This document shows, piece after piece, positions 8,981-17,011 of a stretch of 28,431 bases of DNA. Each line of letters opens with the position of its first letter. Positions within the stretch are counted from its first letter, which is position 1. The notes under the pieces were generated by a model. The model searched no databases and was not told the origin of the DNA. It worked only from the letters and a program-made list of their open reading frames with translations. Both the position numbers and the translations under genes were made by a program. This DNA comes from Thermoplasmatota archaeon. Lineage in GTDB: Archaea > Thermoplasmatota > E2 > DHVEG-1. The stretch lies in the NCBI GenBank assembly GCA_036625995.1, contig JAZKSQ010000001.1, positions 1-28,431 of the forward strand, written 5' to 3'.

Positions 8981-11176
8981 ATGCGTATTATTTTCAAAGG
9001 AATAGTTCAGGGAGTCGGATTTAGACCTACAGTCTATCGAACCGCAAAAAAAATGGGTCTCAAAGGCTACGTTTTAAACAAAGGATCAGAAGTAGAAGTA
9101 TTAGTCGATAAAAAACATGAAGAATTTATTAAAAAATTAAAACATAATCTTCCTTCAATTGCCGAAATAAAAGAAATCGAACTAAAAAAAGATGACCGTG
9201 TTTTTAATGACTTTAAAATAATCAAAAGTAAAACAGGAGAAAAAGAATCGCTTATTCCCACTGACACAGCTACTTGTAAAAGATGTCTCAAAGAAATGTT
9301 CGATAAAAACGATAGGAGATATCATTTTCCTTTTACGAACTGTACTGTCTGTGGGGCAAGATATAGTTTAATAGAAGATGTACCTTATGATAGGGAAAAA
9401 ACAGCCATGAAGGATTTTCCTCTATGTAAAAAATGTAAAAATGAATATGAAGATCCATTTAATAGAAGGTACCATGCTCAAACTATCTCTTGTCCAGATT
9501 GTGGTCCACAATACCATTTGTATGACGAAAAAGGAGATAAAATTGACTCAGATAACATAATAAAAACTTTTTCATCACATATAGAAAAAGGTTCAATCGG
9601 TGTAATTAAATCATGGGGTGGTATGCATATATGTTGCAAATTAGAATTAATAAAAAAACTTAGGAAATGGTATAAACGCCCTCAGAAACCTTTTGCGATA
9701 ATGGTTAAAGATTTAGATACTGCAAAAAAATTCGGTAAAATAAATGATTTTCAAAAAAAGGTTCTTTTATCTAAAAGTAGACCAATTATTTTAGTTGAAA
9801 AAAAACGATCTAAAAATATTGCCCCGGGGCTAAATACAATAGGTATATTTCTGCCTTATACGGGTCTACATCATCTATTATTTTCATATCTAGACTCTGA
9901 AGCTTTAATTATGACCTCGGCAAATCTTCCAGGTGAACCTATGATCATAGACAATAAAAAAATATTTTCTTTGAACGCAGATATATACCTTTTACATAAT
10001 AGAAAAATTCCAAACAGAATTGATGACTCTCTGTTAAGAACATATAAAAACAAAAGATTTTTTATAAGAAAATCAAGAGGACATGTGCCCAAACCTATTA
10101 AAGTAGAGTATAAAGAAAGAATTCTAAGTGTCGGTCCTGATGAAAATGTGACAGGAAGCATATCTTCAAATAATAACATATTTACTACTCAGTATATTGG
10201 AAATTCTAGGTATTATTCAACTTTGAAATTCCTTGAGGAAAGCCTAACTCATCTAATGAATCTCACTATGGAGAAACCAAGTTTGGATGCAGTAGGTATG
10301 GATCTTCATCCAGGATATGATACACGTATAACTGCAAAAAAATTTTCTGAAGAATATGGAGTTAAAATCTTCGAGGTTCAACACCAATGGGCTCATGCTG
10401 CCTCATTGATGTTGGAAAACAATGTGGATGAAAGCGTTGCGTTGACTCTTGATGGTCTTGGATTTGGAACAGATGGAAATCTTTGGGGTGGTGAAGTGCT
10501 CAGATCTGATTTCAACTCATTTGAAAGAGCCGGACATTTATCATATTTACCTTTGATAGGAGGTGACAAAGCTTCTAAGGATCCCAGACGTATTGTTTTC
10601 GCTATATTTGACAAACTTGGAGAAAAAAAAATTTTCAGAGGGAAAAAAGCTGAAATTTTCTCTAAAATAATAGAAAGCTCTCCCTTATCCAGTAGTATGG
10701 GTCGATTTTTAGACGCCATTTCGTGTTATTTAGAAATCTGTACAAAAAGGACATATTCCGGTGAGCCGGCTATGAAACTTGAAAAATATCTATCATCTGG
10801 TAAAAATAAATATGAATTTGATGTTTTTGTGAAAAATTCAGTGATAGATACTATAGATCTCTTCAAACAACTGGATGGGAAAAGTAAAAAATTAGAATTA
10901 ACAGAGAAACAAAAATCTGATCTTTCATATTCTTTGGTTAAATCTGTTGTCGAAGCTCTAACAGATATTGCCATAAATGAAGCCGAGGATAAAAATATAA
11001 AAAATATAGGTATAACAGGGGGAGTTTCCTACAATATTCCTATTGTAAGCATATTTAGAAAAAGATTAGAAAATACGGATTTTAATGTACTTCTTCATGA
11101 CAGGATACCTAATGGCGATGGAGGTATATCCATAGGGCAAAATGTAATAGTTGGAAATAAAATAAGCAAAAATTAA
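8981..11176 (+). CDS. hypF: Carbamoyltransferase HypF
   Basis: Acylphosphatase-like GIVQGVGFRP, two Zn-finger pairs (CKRC...CTVC; CKKC...CPDC), YrdC-like TSANLPGEP and Kae1-like HQWAH...DGLG.G / NGDGGISIGQ. ATG 8981 is preferred to TTG 8972. Confidence 0.95.
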   Translation: MRIIFKGIVQGVGFRPTVYRTAKKMGLKGYVLNKGSEVEVLVDKKHEEFIKKLKHNLPSIAEIKEIELKKDDRVFNDFKIIKSKTGEKESLIPTDTATCKRCLKEMFDKNDRRYHFPFTNCTVCGARYSLIEDVPYDREKTAMKDFPLCKKCKNEYEDPFNRRYHAQTISCPDCGPQYHLYDEKGDKIDSDNIIKTFSSHIEKGSIGVIKSWGGMHICCKLELIKKLRKWYKRPQKPFAIMVKDLDTAKKFGKINDFQKKVLLSKSRPIILVEKKRSKNIAPGLNTIGIFLPYTGLHHLLFSYLDSEALIMTSANLPGEPMIIDNKKIFSLNADIYLLHNRKIPNRIDDSLLRTYKNKRFFIRKSRGHVPKPIKVEYKERILSVGPDENVTGSISSNNNIFTTQYIGNSRYYSTLKFLEESLTHLMNLTMEKPSLDAVGMDLHPGYDTRITAKKFSEEYGVKIFEVQHQWAHAASLMLENNVDESVALTLDGLGFGTDGNLWGGEVLRSDFNSFERAGHLSYLPLIGGDKASKDPRRIVFAIFDKLGEKKIFRGKKAEIFSKIIESSPLSSSMGRFLDAISCYLEICTKRTYSGEPAMKLEKYLSSGKNKYEFDVFVKNSVIDTIDLFKQLDGKSKKLELTEKQKSDLSYSLVKSVVEALTDIAINEAEDKNIKNIGITGGVSYNIPIVSIFRKRLENTDFNVLLHDRIPNGDGGISIGQNVIVGNKISKN

Positions 11177-11181
11177 TTTGT

Positions 11182-11200
11182 CTTAAAATATTATTTTAAG
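11182..11200. promoter_or_regulatory. Perfect 9-1-9 inverted repeat (candidate operator or hairpin)
   Basis: CTTAAAATA-T-TATTTTAAG between the hypF stop and the next ATG. Very AT-rich, so it could be chance. Confidence 0.3.
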
Positions 11201-11231
11201 GATAAACTAATTTGGATGGTTTAAAAAAAAT

Positions 11232-11483
11232 ATGGCTGAAAATAAAGATTTGATTCAAATTTTAACTATAATAATAATCGGAATGTTTATCCCTCTATCT
11301 GGATCTCTTATGTTAAGTTATGGTACAAATATTTTAAAAATTGATGGTTTAATACAATTGATTACTACTTTTATTTATTTTTTAATTATTTTTGCTGTTG
11401 AACTACTTTTAGTTTTTCTTTACTTTATAATCTCTAGCAAAATCGCAGACAAAAAATTAGAAGATTATAAACCAAAAAAATAA
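11232..11483 (+). CDS. Small 2-TM hypothetical membrane protein
   Basis: 83 aa with two hydrophobic segments and a charged C-tail; followed by a T-rich tract. Confidence 0.7.
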   Translation: MAENKDLIQILTIIIIGMFIPLSGSLMLSYGTNILKIDGLIQLITTFIYFLIIFAVELLLVFLYFIISSKIADKKLEDYKPKK

Positions 11484-11548
11484 AAATAAAAAATTAACTC
11501 TGTTTTTTTCCAAACGTTTTTAATAGTTTTTAATATGCACTCTTATCT

Positions 11549-12334
11549 ATGAACACGTTCATATTACAAACTCTGCTCCCGTTCCTTATTTCTGCTTCCG
11601 TTGTTATACTTATAACCGTTATAGCCGAGAAATTTGGAACTAAAGTTGGTGGTATACTTGGCACTCTGCCATCTACAATAATTATTGCCTTTATTTTCAT
11701 AGCTCTTAATAAAAACCTTGTCTTTGCCTCTACGGCAGCTATTGTAGTTCCAGCAGAGATGGCTATAAACCTGTTTTTTCTATTGATTTTTTCAACGCTA
11801 GCTTATCGGTCTAAATCATTAGCATTATTTGGTTCTTTAACTATCTGGGCTATACTTTCCACGATACTTTATTTATCTCAAATAAATAACATACTGATAT
11901 CTATATTGATTTATATTGCAGCGTTAATAGTGTCTTTTATATTCCTTGAAAAAGTTAAAAAGATTTCTTCGCATCAAAAAGTAAAAGTATCATATACTTT
12001 TAAAAAAATTTTGTTAAGAGGTATACTTGCCGGTACAGTTATAGCTGTAGCTGTATCTTTATCTAACATCAACGCTACTTTAAGCGGTATTTTTTCAATT
12101 TTTCCAGCGATATTTTTATCCACCATGTTGATAACAGTATTAGAGCATGGACCACATTTTACATCTGGTATGGCTAAGTCAATGATATTAGGGAGTCAAA
12201 CAGTGATGACATATGTAATAGCGGTACACTTTCTATATCCATCTCAAGGGCTGATATTTGGAACAATATATTCGTTTGTAATTTCTTTTTTTATGGCACT
12301 TATCCTTCTCCGGATAAGGAATAAAATAACTTGA
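11549..12334 (+). CDS. Polytopic membrane protein, DUF3147-like (internal duplication)
   Basis: About 8 TM segments in two similar halves (KFGTKVGGILGTLPST / TLSGIFSIFPAIF), the pattern I associate with DUF3147. Confidence 0.6.
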   Translation: MNTFILQTLLPFLISASVVILITVIAEKFGTKVGGILGTLPSTIIIAFIFIALNKNLVFASTAAIVVPAEMAINLFFLLIFSTLAYRSKSLALFGSLTIWAILSTILYLSQINNILISILIYIAALIVSFIFLEKVKKISSHQKVKVSYTFKKILLRGILAGTVIAVAVSLSNINATLSGIFSIFPAIFLSTMLITVLEHGPHFTSGMAKSMILGSQTVMTYVIAVHFLYPSQGLIFGTIYSFVISFFMALILLRIRNKIT

Positions 12335-12392
12335 AAAAATTTATTATTTTAGTATTGAATAAAAAAATTGTGTCTTTTGTGGTTAACTATTT

Positions 12393-13469
12393 TTATTTTC
12401 TAAAACGATATTCTATATTACAGGTTCCTTCTCTGCTTACCATACAAGGCCCTATAGGTTTTTCAGGTGTACATTTTTTTCCAAAGTGAGGGCAATCACA
12501 CGGTTCGTTAAGTCCTTTAAGTATGTTACCGCATAGACAACCAGCAGGTTCTCTAAATTCTTGTTCTTTGATGCAGCTTAGTTTGTTTTCATATTTTTTT
12601 CTCGCATCAAATTTTTGATATTTTTCTTTAATCTTTAAACCAGATTTTGGTATGGTAGGAAAACCTCTCCATTTTATATCAATAGGTTTGAAGACTTTTT
12701 TCATTAATTTTTTTGCTTTTATATTTCCCTCTTTTTTAACTACTCTGGTATATTCATTTTCGATTTTTGGTTCTTTTGTTTTTATTTGCCTTATAAGCAT
12801 TAAGCAGCCGGCTAATACATCTAAGGGTTCAAAACCTGCTATAACCTGAGGGATATTGTATTTTGTTGAAATAAAATCAAATGGTTTACTACCTATTATA
12901 GTTGAAACATGTCCTGGTTCTATGAGTCCATCAATGTTTATTTCTCGGCTATCTATTAGTGTTTTCAAAGCATTAGGCATAGTGCGATGACAGCATAATA
13001 CAGAAAAATTATCTGGAGGGTTTTGATCTATAATCGCTGCAGTAGTAGGTGCAGTTGTTTCAAATCCTACAGCCATAAAAACAATTTCTTCAGATGGATT
13101 TTTTCTTGCTATATCAACTGCATCTTCAATACTATAAACAGTTCTTATTTTACATCCTTCAGATTTAAGGTCGTTTAACGATTTTTCTTCACCTGGTACT
13201 TGAATCATATCGCCGAAAGTTGTGATAACAAGCCCGTTTTTTGCTAAAGTCAAAACCTCTTCAATTTCTCTTGTAGTGGTCACACATACAGGGCAACCTG
13301 GTCCTGGTCTTATTTCTATTTTATTATCTTTAAGTAGGCTGTCTATACCGTTTTTAATAATAGTATCCTGATGGGTTCCACAGACATGCATGAAATTGCT
13401 TTTAATATCATTTTTTTTAATTTCTGATAGTATTCTCCTTGCTGTTTTTTTATCTTTAAGCGAAAACAC
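12393..13469 (-). CDS. hypD: Hydrogenase maturation protein HypD
   Basis: MHVCGTH, GPGCPVC, GFETTAP, PGHVS and the C-terminal Fe-S motif (CLC...CPHFGKKCTP...PCMVSREGTC). GTG start directly abuts the hypC TAG. Confidence 0.96.
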   Translation of the reverse strand: MFSLKDKKTARRILSEIKKNDIKSNFMHVCGTHQDTIIKNGIDSLLKDNKIEIRPGPGCPVCVTTTREIEEVLTLAKNGLVITTFGDMIQVPGEEKSLNDLKSEGCKIRTVYSIEDAVDIARKNPSEEIVFMAVGFETTAPTTAAIIDQNPPDNFSVLCCHRTMPNALKTLIDSREINIDGLIEPGHVSTIIGSKPFDFISTKYNIPQVIAGFEPLDVLAGCLMLIRQIKTKEPKIENEYTRVVKKEGNIKAKKLMKKVFKPIDIKWRGFPTIPKSGLKIKEKYQKFDARKKYENKLSCIKEQEFREPAGCLCGNILKGLNEPCDCPHFGKKCTPEKPIGPCMVSREGTCNIEYRFRK

Positions 13470-13706
13470 CTACTTTTCACTCTCTTCTTGGTTTAACATA
13501 TTTTTAAAAAGATCTAATGTTCTTTCAGCTTCATTTTTGTCTATTTTCTGTATTGCAAATCCTGCATGTACTATTACATATTCGCCTTTTTTTGCATCGA
13601 CTAGTGAAATGTTAGCTTTTCTTCTAGTTCCTTGTCCATAGTCGATTATTGCATGGTTCTTATCCCCTTTAATTTCCACTATCCTTCCAGGTATTGCAAG
13701 ACACAC
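13470..13706 (-). CDS. hypC: Hydrogenase maturation chaperone HypC
   Basis: True start is GTG at 13706, giving the canonical MCLAIPG; VIVHAGFAI also present; 78 aa. Confidence 0.95.
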   Translation of the reverse strand: MCLAIPGRIVEIKGDKNHAIIDYGQGTRRKANISLVDAKKGEYVIVHAGFAIQKIDKNEAERTLDLFKNMLNQEESEK

Positions 13707-13730
13707 AGATTGGGCACATAGGGGAAGTAA

Positions 13731-13738
13731 TTTATAAA
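13731..13738 (-). promoter_or_regulatory. Candidate TATA box for a leaderless hypCD transcript
   Basis: TTTATAAA about 25 nt upstream of the hypC GTG; no SD visible. Confidence 0.5.
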
Positions 13739-13835
13739 AGTTAGCTCTAATATGAACAGTTAAAGCTAAATACAATAATATTCTTTTGACGGAGCGTTAC
13801 TACATTGTTAAAAAAATTCTAAAGGTTGGATTTAT

Positions 13836-15359
13836 ATGAGGGAATTAGATACTACCGAATCTGTCTGTCCTGCATGTTTTAAAGAAGGGAAAATAAATAA
13901 AATTCCTGCTAAAATAATAGAGGAAGATGGAAAAGTATACATTACTAAAAGTTGTTTTGATCACGGTGATTTTAAAGATATTTATTTTGGGGATGCAGAC
14001 TTATATAAAAAATGGATTAAATATAAGAGAGAAGGGACACACTCCCCTGATGTTAAAACTAAACTTTTTGATTATCCAAAACTTTATGATATCCATAAAT
14101 CACAGAGTGTTTTAACTAATTTATTGGTTACCAATAGATGTAACTTAAGATGTAGTTATTGTTTTATGAACGCAGGTGCAGCCGGTTATGTTTATGAACC
14201 AAGTTTAGAAGAAATCAAGGATATGATGTTAAAAGCTAGAAACGAAAGCCCTATTGGATCTAAGGCAATTCAAATAACTGGTGGTGAACCTACTGTCCGT
14301 GAAGACCTGTTAGATATCGTTAAGATGGCTAAAGATGTGGGATTTTCCCATGTTCAAGTTAATACTAATGGTCTAAAATTAGCCGAAAGCGCCGATTATT
14401 GTAAAAAACTTAAAGAAGCGAAAGTAAACACAATCTATATGAGTTTCGACGGTGTAACAAAAGATACAAACCCTTGGATAGAACAAAATAAAAAGGCTAT
14501 CGATAACCTTAGAAAAGCAAATCTTAGAGCTGTTCTTGTACCGGTTCTTATTGGAGGAAAAAATCTTCATCAAGCAGGAAAAATCGTACAATTCGCTATT
14601 GACAATATGGATATAATAAGAGGGGTTAACTTCCAACCGATATCATTTTGTGGTAGAGTAACTAAGATTAGAGATGAAACTAGAGAGAAACAACGTGTCG
14701 ATTATGTAAAAATGATGGAAGTATTAGAGGAAGAATTTGATAATATGATTTCTCGTGACGACTTCTATCCTGTTCCATTCGTGTTTCCAATATCAAAACT
14801 AATTGAAATGATTAAAGGCGAAACACAGGTAGAGTTTACTGCACATCCAGGATGTGGAGGAGCTACATATCTATTTGTTAAAGATGGAAAACCCCTACCG
14901 GTTACACGTTTCATAGATGTAGAAAGCCTTTTGGATTTTATTGATGAACAAAGTAAAACTAAAGGCCCTTTCAAGAAAATTAGAATAGCCTCTGCTTTTA
15001 TGAAGGATGTAGATAAATTCGTTGATTATGACAAAGCACCCGATGGTTTTAACCTTAAGAAATTATTAAAAGAAGCTGCTTTAGGAGGCAGCTACGATTC
15101 GCTGCGAGGTTTTCATTATAAGAGTCTATTCATTGGATCAATGTGGTTCCAAGATTCATTTAATCTCAATATAGATAGACTCAAAAGATGCGTTATACAT
15201 TATACTACTCCTGAAGGAATCATTCCGTTTTGTGCATATAACGGTTTAGGATACGGAGATATTATTAGAGAAAAACATTCTATACCTGTTAAGGAATGGG
15301 AAGAAAAAAACGATAAGAAACTGAAAGAAGATTTAAGAAAAGATGTGGCCTTGACTTAG
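13836..15359 (+). CDS. tes: Radical SAM enzyme, tetraether synthase (Tes/GDGT-MAS, MJ0619) family; atypical
   Basis: Rubredoxin-like CPAC...CFDH, radical SAM CNLRCSYC, GGEPT, RGVNFQPISF.GR, DFYPVP, HPGCG, MWFQD...RCVIHY and IPFCAYN all match my recollection of MJ0619. The CxxxCxxC upstream of the SAM motif is missing (see findings). Confidence 0.85.
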   Translation: MRELDTTESVCPACFKEGKINKIPAKIIEEDGKVYITKSCFDHGDFKDIYFGDADLYKKWIKYKREGTHSPDVKTKLFDYPKLYDIHKSQSVLTNLLVTNRCNLRCSYCFMNAGAAGYVYEPSLEEIKDMMLKARNESPIGSKAIQITGGEPTVREDLLDIVKMAKDVGFSHVQVNTNGLKLAESADYCKKLKEAKVNTIYMSFDGVTKDTNPWIEQNKKAIDNLRKANLRAVLVPVLIGGKNLHQAGKIVQFAIDNMDIIRGVNFQPISFCGRVTKIRDETREKQRVDYVKMMEVLEEEFDNMISRDDFYPVPFVFPISKLIEMIKGETQVEFTAHPGCGGATYLFVKDGKPLPVTRFIDVESLLDFIDEQSKTKGPFKKIRIASAFMKDVDKFVDYDKAPDGFNLKKLLKEAALGGSYDSLRGFHYKSLFIGSMWFQDSFNLNIDRLKRCVIHYTTPEGIIPFCAYNGLGYGDIIREKHSIPVKEWEEKNDKKLKEDLRKDVALT

Positions 15360-15375
15360 AAAAGAACATGTTTGT

Positions 15376-16134
15376 TTAGCCTAGGTTTATCAAAGGCATA
15401 GTGATTTTTATCAGCCACATTATTAATATCCCTGTTATAAATACTAATAGGGTTAGCATATATCTTTTGAAATTAAGTTCTTTTTTAATTTCTGGTACTA
15501 GATCAGTTGCTGAAATATATAAAAAACCTCCAGCAGCAAAAGGAAGTAGATATCCTGCTGCGGTGTCAACGGATTTTGACAAAAAGAATCCAAAGATACC
15601 GCCTACCACAACTGTTAAAGCTACAATAAAATTTAATATTAGGGCTTTCTTCTTTTCAAATCCCCCATATACAAGAACACCAAAATCTCCGATCTCTTGG
15701 GGTAGTTCATGTGCAGCTATGGCCACTGTTGTCGTTAAGCCTAGGGGAGTTGATACCACAAAGCTTGTAGCAATAATTAGGCCATCGATGAAATTGTGTA
15801 TTGCGTCTCCAAACAGATTCATATAATGAAAAGTATGAATTTCACATTTATCATTGTGGCAATGCCTCCAATGTAATATTTTTTCTATAACAAAAAATAA
15901 AATAAATCCAATTAATACGAAAATAAAAACATCTGTTCCACCTGTTTTTTCAACTGCTTTAGGTAAAAGATGAATGAAGGCTCCGCCCATTAAAGCCCCT
16001 GCTGAAAGACTTACAAGTAAAATAAGAAATTTATTTAGACTCTTTTCTCTTACATAAAGCGATAATATTCCAACAAAAGCAAGTAATGCAATAAATAAAG
16101 TTGTAATAACTATCATTAATAAATCCATTATCAT
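15376..16134 (-). CDS. ZIP-family divalent metal transporter
   Basis: AFIHLLP, His-rich loop HWRHCH...HTFH, HNFIDG (TM4), HELPQEIGDF (TM5), AAGGFLYIS..DLVPE; GAGGTGA SD. Confidence 0.92.
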   Translation of the reverse strand: MIMDLLMIVITTLFIALLAFVGILSLYVREKSLNKFLILLVSLSAGALMGGAFIHLLPKAVEKTGGTDVFIFVLIGFILFFVIEKILHWRHCHNDKCEIHTFHYMNLFGDAIHNFIDGLIIATSFVVSTPLGLTTTVAIAAHELPQEIGDFGVLVYGGFEKKKALILNFIVALTVVVGGIFGFFLSKSVDTAAGYLLPFAAGGFLYISATDLVPEIKKELNFKRYMLTLLVFITGILIMWLIKITMPLINLG

Positions 16135-16155
16135 ATTTTATTATCTCACCTCTCA

Positions 16156-16184
16156 ACAAATCTTTAATAGATTAATAGATTTGT
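16156..16184. promoter_or_regulatory. Long inverted repeat in the ZIP promoter (candidate repressor operator)
   Basis: ACAAATCT-TTAAT-AG-ATTAA-T-AGATTTGT gives 13 paired positions with a single 1-nt bulge. It lies between a TATA-like element (about 16193-16199, minus strand) and the SD. Confidence 0.5.
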
Positions 16185-16212
16185 AGAAAAAAGATATATT
16201 TTTTTTATTATT

Positions 16213-16953
16213 TTATTTTTTGATTTCTTTAGCTGGGACACCACCGTACATCTTTTCTTTTTTTAAAGTCATGTTTTTAGTAGCGAGACTTTTTCCTCCT
16301 AGTATAGCTCCCTCCTCCATGGTTACTCCAGGCATTATATATGATTCACCGCCTACTAAGCAATTCTTTCCAATTTTAACTTTTTTTACTATAAGATCAT
16401 TTTCTCCCAGATGGGCAAGTATGGAAGCTCCTCCTCCAATTAACGTATTATCTCCAATTTCAGTTACGCAGGGGTCGGCTATGTTTAATCTGCTTGCGAA
16501 AAAAACATTTTTCCCTATTTTCGCGCCAACTAGTCGCATATATTTTTTATATAAAGGAGGTATATGTAAAGCTTTCATTAAATTTATAGTTGGTCTATAT
16601 AGTATGAAATGAAGAGCAAATTTGAATGTATTTTTGTCTTCAATACTTTTTTTGTACACTCCTTCATCATATTGAATGTTAAATGATTTTATAAAATATC
16701 CAGAGAAGAGAGGTGTCCAAATAACTAATATGAAAAAAGCGATAAATAGAATAAATGGCAGAATGATTAATTCAATTAGCCAGATACCTTTAAAGAAATG
16801 AAGGAAACTTCCGACTATTAATATTGAGGGTAATGCAGAGATAGAAAAAACGACTAGTGGTGAAACAAATAATGCCATTATTCTTAATATACTTTTCAGA
16901 GAAATGTTAAACTTCTTTATTTCGCCTTTAAATGCCGTGTTTTTATTATACAT
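16213..16953 (-). CDS. Membrane-anchored hexapeptide-repeat (left-handed beta-helix) acyltransferase
   Basis: Two N-terminal TM segments, then LVGAKIGKNV, TEIGDNTLIGGG, VKIGKNCLVGG, ILGGKS and YGGVPAK. Confidence 0.85.
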   Translation of the reverse strand: MYNKNTAFKGEIKKFNISLKSILRIMALFVSPLVVFSISALPSILIVGSFLHFFKGIWLIELIILPFILFIAFFILVIWTPLFSGYFIKSFNIQYDEGVYKKSIEDKNTFKFALHFILYRPTINLMKALHIPPLYKKYMRLVGAKIGKNVFFASRLNIADPCVTEIGDNTLIGGGASILAHLGENDLIVKKVKIGKNCLVGGESYIMPGVTMEEGAILGGKSLATKNMTLKKEKMYGGVPAKEIKK

Positions 16954-17011
16954 ACAGAATACTTATAACTCTTAATAATTAATTTTCAAGAAATATAAAA
17001 AGAGGTTTTTT

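Noticed and set aside
10375-10400. HypF Kae1-like motif reading HQWAH rather than HHxAH
   Set aside because: The HxxxH metal-ligand spacing is preserved, so there is no sign of inactivation.
13707-13775. 23-aa N-terminal extension of HypC
   Set aside because: HypC needs Cys2 (MCLAIP); the GTG at 13706 and a TATA about 25 nt upstream fit the short form.
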